DNA of 62,987 nt, filler included, from Licmophora abbreviata (lineage: Eukaryota), in NCBI GenBank assembly GCA_900291995.1. It is 29 parts of 29 records of this genome, joined end to end, with 100 filler letters (N's around TTAATTAATTAA, not from the genome) between each part and the next. Parts side by side here need not be neighbours in the genome. Positions count along the whole stretch, not along the records: positions 34,802 to 38,527 come from OLMU01006378.1; positions 38,628 to 42,334 come from OLMU01006379.1; positions 42,435 to 45,131 come from OLMU01006380.1; 26 more parts are not named here. One strand, written 5' to 3'. The position numbers and the translations under genes are program-made. The notes beneath the pieces were generated by a model, which was given only the letters and a program-made list of their open reading frames with translations, was not told the origin of the DNA and made no database searches. Below, piece after piece: positions 34,947 through 45,231 of the stretch (positions are counted from its first letter, which is position 1; each line of letters begins with the position of its first letter).

Positions 34947-35032
34947 GCCCGCGTGGTGGAATGGTAGACACAGGAGACTTAAAATCTCCAGGCCGAACGG
35001 CCGTACCGGTTCGAGTCCGGTCGCGGGTACCA
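34947..35032 (+). tRNA. tRNA-Leu(TAA)
   Basis: Anticodon arm GGAGA-CTTAAAA-TCTCC, long variable arm GGCCGAACGGCC, encoded CCA. Confidence 0.95.
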
Positions 35033-35095
35033 ACTTGTTTGTAGTATTCCAAAAGCGAGGCTAAGCGCGCCTTGAGCGTCCGTTAATTTCAAAGG

Positions 35096-35332
35096 TCAGC
35101 CGCTGGTTGAGGTTTCGTCGACCTCAGCATCTCTCTTCATACGGTATATTGCGCGCTGCAAATCATGGGCTCTCTTTTCAGCCCGGTTCAGAACTGCACG
35201 AAAGCTTTCCTGGGTCGCGGTTTCAGGCAAGTTTGAAGCCATTTTCGTAAGCCGGTTGATGTATTTAACCAAGCGGGCCGCGCGTTTTTGTGCATCCAAC
35301 CAGTTCTGCTTGTCTCGTGACATTGGGCCCAA
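35096..35332 (-). CDS. Small hypothetical helical protein
   Basis: Plausible ORF with AGAGG upstream, in tandem with the next ORF. Confidence 0.5.
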   Translation of the reverse strand: MGPMSRDKQNWLDAQKRAARLVKYINRLTKMASNLPETATQESFRAVLNRAEKRAHDLQRAIYRMKRDAEVDETSTSG

Positions 35333-35362
35333 CCCTCTCCGGTCAAACAGAACCTCTCCGCG

Positions 35363-35587
35363 TCACCTGATGACGGTTAGAGGCGTTATCATGTCCCCGT
35401 TATTGACCTTGTGTATGTGTTGGCGAAGCTGGTGTGCTGCTTGATGCGCCTGGCCAAGCACCGCCAAAAACGCATCATCCTCACCGTGATGGTTCAGATC
35501 CGGATAAAGCGCCATCAACGCATCAATCAATCCCGTCACTAAAACAGCATGTTCCTCAGCTGCAATCTGTGCAATATCTTTTGCCAT
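35363..35587 (-). CDS. Small hypothetical protein (start MAKDIA)
   Basis: Fills the space divergent from the XRE gene. Confidence 0.45.
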   Translation of the reverse strand: MAKDIAQIAAEEHAVLVTGLIDALMALYPDLNHHGEDDAFLAVLGQAHQAAHQLRQHIHKVNNGDMITPLTVIR

Positions 35588-35649
35588 AATAATGAGTCCA
35601 AAAGGGTCTTGTTTGATCAAAAGTTATCATTTGGATTGATAGTCTGCAA

Positions 35650-35922
35650 ATGGAAAAAATTACACCAGCACAGTTTCGAGCCGCCCGCTGCTTGCTGAGT
35701 TGGAGCTTGAACGATGCTGTTGCTGAGACATCATTATCCTCAGCAACTTTGAACCGTGCTGAGAATAAAAACGCACGCGCCCCATCCGAAAAAGCCCTCA
35801 GACTTCTCGCTCTCACCTACGAAAAGCATGGCATCACATTCATTGCCGAACCCGATGCCATCGGAGTAAAGCTTCGCACATCAGACAACACTTCTGATAG
35901 CACGGGCAAAGCCGACGAATAG
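35650..35922 (+). CDS. XRE-family helix-turn-helix regulator
   Basis: ITPAQFRAARCLLSWS..LSSATLNRAE..YEKHGITF..GVKL, a typical alphaproteobacterial XRE pattern. Confidence 0.9.
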   Translation: MEKITPAQFRAARCLLSWSLNDAVAETSLSSATLNRAENKNARAPSEKALRLLALTYEKHGITFIAEPDAIGVKLRTSDNTSDSTGKADE

Positions 35923-35971
35923 TGTTGAGGCGAGACCTGTTTACACGGCCCCTCAGTGTTCCAGAGAACCT

Positions 35972-36637
35972 CTAGATAAGCCCCCACTGGATGGCTTTGG
36001 CAACCGCGTGAGACCGGTTTTTCGCATCAAGAGCTCTGCAGATGTTTCTGACGATCATTTTGACATGCATTTCGCTGATGTCGAGCGCCAGAGCAATTTC
36101 CTTGTTGATGTGACCTTCAGCAATCATGCGCAGTGTTGTCGTTTCCATATCATTAAGCGGATTATTACGGCCAATATCGTTGTCACCTCGGGGTGATCCA
36201 GACGCGATAATGCTCGAAGGCACAAAGACTTGCCCGCTTGCGATCAACTCCAGAATACTTGGCAGAGCCTCTAAATTTGTATCACCCGATATGACGCCCT
36301 CCGCTCCATGCCTGAGGGCCGCCCAGGCAAAATTGGAATCAAAATCTTCGCAATAAACAGCCATCTTTGGACCATCATGTGTTGGTCCAATGACTTTCCA
36401 GCTATCGAGCTCTTTTAGACTGTGCCGGTTCGCCCCGAGCACAACGACATCTAGGTCAGCAGCCTTGCTGGCACCTGCCGTCTGCTTTCGATACGCATCA
36501 AGGATCACAACGTCAGCAGAATACTCGCTCTGAAGGTAGTACGACAACGCGCCGGCAGTCATGTTTTTGAAACCAACCAATCCCACCTTTAAGGTCGGCT
36601 TGGTTTTTTCTTCGATCAGTTTTCGTTTTTCTTGCAC
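35972..36637 (-). CDS. LuxR/NarL-type regulator with degenerate receiver domain
   Basis: GHINKEIALALDISEMHVK..ICRALDAKNRSHAV HTH; GAEGVI and GQVFVP receiver remnants. Confidence 0.88.
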   Translation of the reverse strand: MQEKRKLIEEKTKPTLKVGLVGFKNMTAGALSYYLQSEYSADVVILDAYRKQTAGASKAADLDVVVLGANRHSLKELDSWKVIGPTHDGPKMAVYCEDFDSNFAWAALRHGAEGVISGDTNLEALPSILELIASGQVFVPSSIIASGSPRGDNDIGRNNPLNDMETTTLRMIAEGHINKEIALALDISEMHVKMIVRNICRALDAKNRSHAVAKAIQWGLI

Positions 36638-36868
36638 ATGATTTGCCTCAAAGGACCGTTGGCTGCAACTGCAAGCACATTGGTGCGATTGGACACGCCA
36701 AACGTATCTAAAAATCTAAAGATCACATTTTCCTGATTTTTGATATAAAAATTATACCAAACGTCAATTTCCCCATCGAGGCCGGCCATGCTGGGCCGTA
36801 CGCCCCCATTTCTGCGAGCTATAAAAATCCACCGGGTATATGCCCTGCCACATCAGGGTAAACGTTTC

Positions 36869-36950
36869 TCCATCCACTCCTGCACAATCAATCCCGGCAC
36901 CGCCGCCTGCGCCTCTCGCACATCACGATCAAGATCGAGCCGCTTTGGCA
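36869..36950 (-). repeat. Diverged duplicate of the 3' end of the DUF6441-like gene (37786..37867)
   Basis: Both encode PKRLDLDRDVREAQAAVPGLIV..WME. Confidence 0.95.
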
Positions 36951-37060
36951 CCATGATTTGGTGCAAATGGCCGCCATGCTTCTGAAGGCTTGAAGTTAGG
37001 CCCCAAACCCTTTGCCGTCCAAAGGCTCGAACACCTTCGAACGCACCATATGTGCCCGGG

Positions 37061-37609
37061 TTATTCCGCAGCTGTCCGCGCAGGCTCAGGAATAGCGATT
37101 TCGTGGCGGAGGTCATCAAGTTCGATGAACTCATCTGCAATCCGGCGCAGCTCGTCCGCAGGCCGCATTCCATCAGCTTTGAGAGAACTCAGCAGCGAGA
37201 CGCGCGCACCCAAGCGTTGTGCCTGTAGAATGGGATAGGTGTAATCACCATGCGCACCTACCAGCACGATGTGATCCACATGCTTTGCCATCAGCACAAG
37301 GTCGATGCTCAGGTCGACGATCACAGACCCTTTGACATTACGTCCGCCATCATCTTCTGCAAAGCTGCGCGCTTCTTTTCTGTGGATGCGATAACCGTTG
37401 TAATCCAGCCAATCCAACAGCTTGATATACGGGTTTTCACCTTTGTCGGCATCTACGACCGCGTAGTATTTTATAGATGTCAGTTTTGACGAGCGCGCGA
37501 ACCGAGCTTTCAGCTTTCGGTAGTCGATCTTGATGCCCAGCCCGTAACCCAAAGCGCTGAGCGTGTAACCGTCAATTAAAACGGCAAGTTTTTCTGATGT
37601 GTAAAGCAT
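37061..37609 (-). CDS. NYN domain (LabA/DUF88) protein
   Basis: LIDG, IDYRKL, KLLDWLDYNGY, HVDHIVL, ADELRRIADEFIELDDL. Confidence 0.9.
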   Translation of the reverse strand: MLYTSEKLAVLIDGYTLSALGYGLGIKIDYRKLKARFARSSKLTSIKYYAVVDADKGENPYIKLLDWLDYNGYRIHRKEARSFAEDDGGRNVKGSVIVDLSIDLVLMAKHVDHIVLVGAHGDYTYPILQAQRLGARVSLLSSLKADGMRPADELRRIADEFIELDDLRHEIAIPEPARTAAE

Positions 37610-37772
37610 AGCCAAAATCCTGAAGCGAGTATGGGGTCGATGGAAAGCACTTTGGCATCAAGGCGCAAATGCGCATCCGCGTGCGGTCAGTAATTTCGAT
37701 ACAACCTCGCACCATAGGGTTGATGTGCGAACAAACGTTGCGCACGGACCATCGGCTTGCCCACAATGACAC

Positions 37773-38402
37773 TTAAGGTCGGTCTTCCATCCATTTCGCC
37801 ACAATCAAACCCGGCACCGCCGCCTGCGCCTCTCGCACATCACGATCGAGATCAAGCCGCTTTGGCAGCTTGACCTGCGGCACCAGCAGAAAGATCGGCA
37901 CAATGGCCCGTCCGCGCCCAGTTTTGGCCCGCGAGGCCACGCCCAATCCGCGATTGTTCAGCCGCCCATCCGCCACCAGCAGGCTCGGTCCGCGGCGGCG
38001 ATAGACGAACCGCAAGCGAAGCCCGCGCCGACGTTCCCATTCGCCCGGGCTCAGCGCTTTCCCCCGCGCCCCTTTGCCTGCCGCAGGCAGCGGGACCGCC
38101 AGCCAAAACCCATCCCTTGAGCGGATCAGCGGCCCGGTGTCATGGGCGCTAATGATCTCTGGTGCTTTTGACCAGACAAGTGCTGCCGCATTCAGGCTTT
38201 CCCCGGACCGCGGATAGGTCTGGTTGCGGATCGAGTTGGCCAACCGCCGGCCAAGCCCAGCTTGGGTGATCTGCCCGCGCCAGTCCTGCTTGAGGTCCGA
38301 GCCTGCCTCCCGCATTGCCGCGGTGACGGCCTTTTCGCCAGCTTTGATCTCGCTCGCCATCAGAGCGGCGATATCGGGTATGATGTCGATGCCAAGTTTC
38401 AT
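37773..38402 (-). CDS. DUF6441-like prophage protein
   Basis: WRGQITQAGLGRRLANSIR, SLNAAALVWSKAP, VPIFLLVPQVKLPKRLDL; typical of Rhodobacterales lambda-like prophage modules. Confidence 0.85.
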   Translation of the reverse strand: MKLGIDIIPDIAALMASEIKAGEKAVTAAMREAGSDLKQDWRGQITQAGLGRRLANSIRNQTYPRSGESLNAAALVWSKAPEIISAHDTGPLIRSRDGFWLAVPLPAAGKGARGKALSPGEWERRRGLRLRFVYRRRGPSLLVADGRLNNRGLGVASRAKTGRGRAIVPIFLLVPQVKLPKRLDLDRDVREAQAAVPGLIVAKWMEDRP

Positions 38403-38527
38403 GCGGGGTGCAATTCCAGCGTCCAGATCAGCCGCTCGCGATCACGGCGCGGCGCGCCCTGGATCAAGAAGGTCTCGTCCGCGATCAGGATCTGTTCCTC
38501 TGGTTGTGGGTCCGGGATCTCGGCCGT
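38399..38527 (-). CDS. Phage head-tail joining protein, C-terminal fragment
   Basis: ETFLIQGAPRRDRERLIWTLELHPA; ATGA overlap with the downstream gene. Confidence 0.75.
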   Translation of the reverse strand, partial: TAEIPDPQPEEQILIADETFLIQGAPRRDRERLIWTLELHPA

Positions 38528-38627
38528 NNNNNNNNNNNNNNNNNNNNNNNNNNNNNNNNNNNNNNNNNNNNTTAATTAATTAANNNNNNNNNNNNNNNNN
38601 NNNNNNNNNNNNNNNNNNNNNNNNNNN

Positions 38628-39732
38628 GAAAATCGTCCATGTAAATGTCGACGTATTGTAATGGCCGGCGGCGTTGTGGGTTTAAGTGCGGGTCTGCTTG
38701 TGCCGGGATGGGGACGGCAACATCGAGCGGGGCGATCTGAGGGCTCCGTGATCGGGGCGGCGGCCGGCTGGAGGCAAGTGCGTCGAGCGCGTGGCTTGGC
38801 GCGACATGGCGTTGCAAGATCTGCCGGTTAGTGACATCGGCTACTGTTTCCGTAGCGGTGCAAAAGAGCGGCGGTGAGAGCTTCCAGCCCATTGGTAAAC
38901 GAGTGGGGATGGCGACTAGCGGTGGCTCCCCTGGGAGATTCGGGAAGGCAACGGCCAGGGATGGAGCCAGGTCTGGGTTGAGGTGCATCCTGTAGAAGCC
39001 GTCGGCTAGATCGACCTTCAACAGGTACACCTTGCCTCGGTCGGGGTTTGCGAGCAGGATGCGGCGGAGCAAACGATCAAGTGCGCGACCAAACTGCATG
39101 GATTCAATGGGGGCGTTGGGTTGCGTCACGTCATTGATGCCAGAGTAGGTGTAATCCACAATAGGCCGGGAGCGCCGGGCCGCTTGGGGTACAACACCAA
39201 TAGGACTAATACGTAGACTGGGTGTATGTTGTACTTCGTCAAACGGTAGTACGACCCAGTATCCTTTGTCCACCATGTCTGCCATGTCTTCGCGTAAGAA
39301 CTCTAAATTTTCGTAGGCGGACTTATGAGGTCCGCGCGTGATGCGTGATATCTTCTCGTCAGACGACCAGGGAGCGTCGGCGAGGGTGATTGGGACGCCA
39401 CGAGCTTTGTAGGCGCTCAGCAGCCGGTGCGCGGGGTGATCGCGCACGGTCTGTAAGTCGCCCCAATCACCAGCTCCCTGTCGAATGCGTAGGAGCGTAG
39501 TGAGACCGTGACGGCGTAGAAGTTGCGAGTCTAAACGTATACTCTTACCTAATTTATCATTAAGTTGATTACTGGCAATGGCTGAGGCCCGCCGTTTGCG
39601 GGGCTCGGTCCGTTGCTGGTGACTACTACTAAGACTCTCCGCCTGCGGGGGTGGCGGTACCGTCGCACGAGGCGACGGTGAGGTGAATGGCTCTTGGCGA
39701 GTGCCCCCGAGCACTCGGCCATTGCCGACGTC
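38628..39732 (-). mobile_element. DIRS-like RT, copy A, in frame with gag after TAG; partial
   Basis: LRISPIGVVPQ..RPIVDY, KVDLADGFY, LPMGWKLSPPLFC, YMDDF. Confidence 0.9.
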
Positions 39733-41940
39733 CTATTCAGGACGCCAGTGGGTTTCGCACCACTCCAACAAGGCAGCCTGATCCGCGTCGGGGTGCTCAT
39801 TGTGGTGGTCTGCGGCGTTGCCGCACCTTTCGTTGCACTGCCCCACGATATGGTAGGACAGGCAGCGCAGGTTGCCGCTCGCGCCGCGAGGCAGTGCGAT
39901 GCCCTGATCCTGGCACCTCCTGCGGATGGCGCGCGCACGACAGTTGGGACGGCTCTTGACATCACGGAAGCGGGAGTCAAGCTGCATGTTGCGAACGATA
40001 TTCTGTGCCGGAGCAGCCGGCGGCGGTGCTGATCCTGACGGTTGACCGGCGGGCGATGGTGCTGGGGCAGGTAGTGACGCTGGCGCTGGGACTGGTGTGG
40101 GCTGTAACGCCGTCGGCAAGCTGTAACGCCAGAAATGGGCGCCCTTGGCGGCCTCATACACTACCGGCTTGGCCATGAAAGGCACTGGCATGTGGGAGCG
40201 CTCCTGCATTTTAAACCAATGCGCGATCTCGACCTGGATGTAGCGCTGTAAGTCAAGCGGCAGGGTGAGCTGCTGCTGCGCCTGTACGGCAAGTTCGCTG
40301 GCACACACATCCAAGGCCTGCCGCGTGCTGGTGAGATACGCAACAATCGGATGGGCCATCCCTAGGATTGCCGACATGACGGAACGGGTCGCATCCAGCG
40401 AATGCTGGACCGCTTGCAAGGTAGTGGCCGCTCTGACATCGTCAGGTGCCTCCAGGACCAGGGTGTCAGCTAAGGACGGAACGCCTTCACCCCCATGTAT
40501 GTGGCGGTAGAGGGTTGCCCTGTGAGCCACCTGCTCCGCTTGCTGAGGGGTCGGCAGGCCAAACAAGAATGGTTGGATGCCCAACGTGACGTCGTCCGAA
40601 TTCGCCCCAGCGAAACTCAAGCTAGTGAGTTTCGACACCAGGGACACAGACACAGGCACTTCGAAATAGACGCCGAGTGCCGCACGCTGCTCGTCGACCA
40701 CATTCTGAACCGTGGTGAGACGACCAGTCTTCGGTGCACGGGCTAACTGGGACCAAAGAGGTGGGAGTGCCGACTCCTGCGCTACCTGGCAAATGCGCAT
40801 GAGCTTTGTAAGCCCATGCACACCGTAGAACTGTGTCGGGGTTTTCCCCCTGTCTGTCGCCTGCTGTCTGGCCTTCGAGTCCAGACGCTGCTGGCGCTGC
40901 TCTGCCGTAAGGCCATCGATGGCTGATATGACCGGCTGCAGAGTGGCGGCAGTGGGTCCTTCGGCTTGCTTCCAGCCGGGTAGGTCGTGGCGTACTCGCC
41001 GTTCAAAGAAACGGATGAGTGCCGCGTTCGGTGGCTGTGGCAGCGCCGGCCAGTGACGCGAAACCGCAGAAACTAATGGGTTGGCGTCAATCGCTGTCGC
41101 CGCCACCTTCAAGAAATCCAAGAGTGGACGGCAAGCTGCGACCTGGTTACTGGCGCGTGCTGCCAATAGTACTCGCTGGAATGCTGTCTTGGGCGGCAGG
41201 GCCACGGGCAACAGCAAGGATACGTATTCGAATGGGACGAAGGTAGATAAGCGCGTACGCACCTCTACCATCTCGTCTCCTTCGCCAAATGGGATCAAGC
41301 CATCCGGTGCCATGACTATGCTGGTCAGCATCTCGTCGTCTGACATCACGAAGGTCCCTTGAGGTGCCAGGTTGCTGTTATCGTCGGGAAACGGGGCGAG
41401 GACAAATTGCTGCTGCACGATGTCCCCGACGATGGCGTACGTGTTGCCATCCCATGGCTCCGGTGCCCCGACCACGGTAATAGGGAACCGCGTGACTCGG
41501 TGGAATACCTGAATCACCCCAGCATTTTCCGCACCCGGTGCCCTGCAATGCTGTATCATCGCCAACGGGATGTCATGCGCGGAGGCCGCCGCTACTCGTG
41601 CCGCCAGCGCCTGAGGGTTGTAGCGTGACGGCCCAAGCACGGGGACATGGAAGTCACGCTCCACCTCAGCGTAATCACTCGCGTGTGGGTCATTCTGCCC
41701 AGACAAGAAGAATTCTTGATACGTGCGTGCTGCGACTGGAGGTGGGGGCACGACTACTCCTGCTGGGCCTCCTGGTCCCGCCGGAGGAGCAAACGGTCCA
41801 TCGGGCACATGCGGTTCTGGCAACGGCGCCTCCGGGGGTGGATGACCCGGGGGTGGCCCGCCAACCGGATGAATGGGAGGCGGCATTCCTGCCGCCTGAG
41901 CGCCAGCGACTGCGGCTGGCGCAACTGGAATGTCTGCCAT
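39733..41940 (-). CDS. DIRS-like gag ORF1, copy A (start MADIP)
   Basis: Long intact ORF; terminal CLSYHIVGQCNERC..DH finger; highly similar to copy B. Confidence 0.85.
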   Translation of the reverse strand: MADIPVAPAAVAGAQAAGMPPPIHPVGGPPPGHPPPEAPLPEPHVPDGPFAPPAGPGGPAGVVVPPPPVAARTYQEFFLSGQNDPHASDYAEVERDFHVPVLGPSRYNPQALAARVAAASAHDIPLAMIQHCRAPGAENAGVIQVFHRVTRFPITVVGAPEPWDGNTYAIVGDIVQQQFVLAPFPDDNSNLAPQGTFVMSDDEMLTSIVMAPDGLIPFGEGDEMVEVRTRLSTFVPFEYVSLLLPVALPPKTAFQRVLLAARASNQVAACRPLLDFLKVAATAIDANPLVSAVSRHWPALPQPPNAALIRFFERRVRHDLPGWKQAEGPTAATLQPVISAIDGLTAEQRQQRLDSKARQQATDRGKTPTQFYGVHGLTKLMRICQVAQESALPPLWSQLARAPKTGRLTTVQNVVDEQRAALGVYFEVPVSVSLVSKLTSLSFAGANSDDVTLGIQPFLFGLPTPQQAEQVAHRATLYRHIHGGEGVPSLADTLVLEAPDDVRAATTLQAVQHSLDATRSVMSAILGMAHPIVAYLTSTRQALDVCASELAVQAQQQLTLPLDLQRYIQVEIAHWFKMQERSHMPVPFMAKPVVYEAAKGAHFWRYSLPTALQPTPVPAPASLPAPAPSPAGQPSGSAPPPAAPAQNIVRNMQLDSRFRDVKSRPNCRARAIRRRCQDQGIALPRGASGNLRCLSYHIVGQCNERCGNAADHHNEHPDADQAALLEWCETHWRPE

Positions 41941-42434
41941 CTGAGTTAACAGAGGGAAGACTCTTCTGACGAAAGGTAAACAGCGACGCAAGGTTTCCTG
42001 CGGCCACACGACAGATTAAAACTACCGTGTGATCGAGCTGTTTTCCAGTTCTCATGAAGAATGAGAGCCGACGAAAGGCCCTTTGCACTCGCGAATCTCA
42101 ATTTCGAGTCGCTGATCGGCATCACACTTATCGGTCCCGGTCATTGTTGCAGCACTTTCAACGTTAAGTAAATGACCGGCGGGAGAGGATTGCCTGACCT
42201 CGGGGACTTTCTCGAGTCCAGTGTGGCATCACGTTTCAGTCACGGTTGCGCGCGTGCCGATTCAGATGGCGTCTCACCCGCGAAAAAGATATCGTGATGC
42301 CGGTATGATACGACGATCCACGAACATCACGATTNNNNNNNNNNNNNNNNNNNNNNNNNNNNNNNNNNNNNNNNNNNNTTAATTAATTAANNNNNNNNNN
42401 NNNNNNNNNNNNNNNNNNNNNNNNNNNNNNNNNN

Positions 42435-44518
42435 CCCCTCCACTGGCAGGTGGTCCACCTATCCACCCCGATGGACCCGGGGTTCCAGGCGGGGCTGCAG
42501 CCGTACTGCCTCCTCCGGTAGCGGCGCGAACGTATCAGGAGTTCTTTCTGTCCGAACAGAATGACCCACATGCGGGCGACTACACCGAGGTGGAGAGAGA
42601 TTTTCACGCCCCAGTGCATGGACCGTCCCGCTACAACCCGCAGGCCTTGGCGGCCAGGGTGGTGGCTGCATCGGCGCATGATGTACCGCTGGCAATGATT
42701 CAGCATTGCAAGGCACCGGGCGCCGAAGGCGTTGGCGTAATCCAAGTCTTCCATCGCGTCACGCGCTTCCCCATCACAGTGGTGGGCCCACCTGAACCGT
42801 GGGATGGAAACACCTATGCTCTCGTTGGAGACATCGTTCAGCAACAGTTCGTTCTCGCGCCTTTCCCTGATGGGAACAGTAACCTCGCTGCGCCTGGGAT
42901 CTACGTGATGACGGACGACGAGATGCTCGCGAACATAGGAGTAGCCCCGGACGGATTGATCCCGTTCGGCGAAGGAGCAGAGCTGGTGGAAGTGCGGACG
43001 CGGTTGACGACGTTTGTGCCGTTCAAGTACGTACCCTTGCTCCTGCCTGCAGCCCTACCACCCAAGGCCGCCTTCCAGAGAGTGCTCCTAGCAGCGAGGG
43101 CCGACGATCAAGTAGTCGCCTGCCGACCGCTGTTGGACTTCTTGAAGGTGGCGGCGACGGCTACCGAAGCACATCCTCACGACTCAGCAGTGTCGAGGTT
43201 CTGGCCCACTCTGCCCCAGCCGCCGAACGCCGCTCTCATTCGTTTCTTTGAACGGAAAGTGCAACACGATCTCCCAGGCTGGAAACAGCGTGTTGGGCCC
43301 TCGGTAGCAGCGCTTCAGCCGGTCATCTCAGCGATCGATGGCCTCACCGCCGAACAGCGTCAGCAGCGCCTGGATTCGAAGGCTAGGCAACAAGCTACGG
43401 ACCGGGGGAAGACGCCAACGCAGTTTTACGGTGTACACGGGATCACGAAGCTCATGCGCGTGTGTCAAGTCGCGCAAGAATCCGCGCTCCCGCCGCTCTG
43501 GTCGCAGTTAGCCCGAGCACCAAAGACGGGACGGCTCACCACGGTCCAAAATGTGGTTGACGAACAACGAGCCGCCCTGGGTGTATATTTTGAGGTTCCG
43601 GTATCGGTATCATTGGTGTCGAAGCTCACCAGTCTGAGCTTCGCAGGGGCCAACCCGGAGGACGTCACTCTAGGAATACAGCCGTTTCTCTTTGGCTTGC
43701 CGACGCCCCAGCAAGCCGAGCAAGTAGCCCACCGCGCGGCGTTATACCGCCACATCCACGGAGGTGAAGGGGTGCCATCACTCGCGGACACCATGATCTT
43801 GGAAGCACCAGATGACGTCCGGGCAGCCACCACGTTACAAGCGACACAGCATTCGATCGACGCAACCCGCGCGGTGCTTTCGGCCATGTTGGGCATGGCA
43901 CATCCAATCGTGTCATACCTAACAAGTACCCGACAAGCGCTCGACGTGTGTGCTAGCGAACTTGCCGTACAGGCCCAGCAGCAGCCCACGCTCCCACTCG
44001 ACCTCCAGCGTTACGTCCAAGTGGAGATGGCGCATTGGTTCAAAATGCAAGAGCGCGCGCATATGCCGGTGCCCTTTATGGCGAAACCGGTAGTGTATGA
44101 GGCGGCTAAGGGCGCCCATTTCTGGCGTTACAGTCTGCCGGCAGCTGTGCAGCCTCTTCCAGCACCAGCACCCGCTCCACCTACCACCCCTGCACCAGCT
44201 CCAGCGCAGCCGTCGGGCTCCACTCCGCCTCCGGCTAGTCCAGCCCAAAACATCGTTCGAAACATGCAGCTGGACCCCCGATTCCGCGACGTGAAAGCCC
44301 GCCCGAACTGCCGAGCACGTTCTATTCGTAGGCGTTGCCAAGAGCAAGGCATCGCCCTGCCTAGGGACGCGCGAGGTAAGCTGCGTTGTCTGTCCTACCA
44401 CATCGTCGGACAGTGTAACGAGCGATGCGGCAACGCTGTCGACCACCACAACGACCAACTTGAAGCAGACCAGGTCGCTTTGTTGGAGTGGTGTGAGGCA
44501 AACTGGCGTCCTGAATAG
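42435..44518 (+). CDS. DIRS-like gag ORF1, copy B, 5'-truncated
   Basis: Protein closely similar to copy A with many synonymous changes. Confidence 0.85.
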
Positions 44519-45131
44519 GACGCCGGCAATGGCCGAGTGCTCGGGGGCACTCGCCAAGAGCCATTTACCTTACCGTCGCTTCCGGCGACGGCACCGCCAC
44601 CCCCGCAGGCGGAGAGTCTTAGTAGTAGTACCAATAAGCAGCACCGGCCGCGCCCCGTTAAACGACGTGCCGCAGCCATTGCTAGCTTACATCATAACGA
44701 TAAACTAGGTAAGAGTATACACTCAGACTTACAACTTCTACGCCGCCACGGTCTCACTACGCTCCTACGCTTTCGACAGGGAGCCGGTGATTGGGGCGAC
44801 TTACAGACCGTGCGCCACCACCCGGCGTACCGGCTGCTGAGCACCTACAAAGCTCGTGGCGTCCCTATCACCCTCGCCGACGCTCCCTGGTCGTCTGTCG
44901 AGAAGACATCGAGCATCTCTCGCGGGCCCCACAAGTCCGCCTACGAACATCTCGAGTTCCTACGAGACGACATGGCCGACATGGTCGCTAAAGGTTATTG
45001 GGTAGTTTTGCCGTACGACGCCGTGCAGCAGACACCTAGTCTGCGCATTAGTCCCATCGGCGTCGTGCCGCAAGCCGCCCGGCGTTCACGCCCGATCGTC
45101 GACTATACGTACTCCGGCATCAACGACGTGA
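44519..45131 (+). mobile_element. DIRS-like RT N-terminus, copy B, in frame after TAG
   Basis: RGPHKSA, LRISPIGVVPQAARRSRPIVDY. Confidence 0.88.
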
Positions 45132-45231
45132 NNNNNNNNNNNNNNNNNNNNNNNNNNNNNNNNNNNNNNNNNNNNTTAATTAATTAANNNNNNNNNNNNN
45201 NNNNNNNNNNNNNNNNNNNNNNNNNNNNNNN

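Noticed and set aside
36869..37867. Diversity-generating retroelement TR/VR pair
   Set aside because: Mismatches are not adenine-specific and several are synonymous; no RT on this bacterial contig
37773..39732. RT next to phage genes as a retron or defence system
   Set aside because: Separated by a spacer; the RT belongs to a eukaryotic DIRS-like element
38628..45131. Large inverted repeat or head-to-head element
   Set aside because: Two diverged copies on separate contigs; relative orientation is arbitrary
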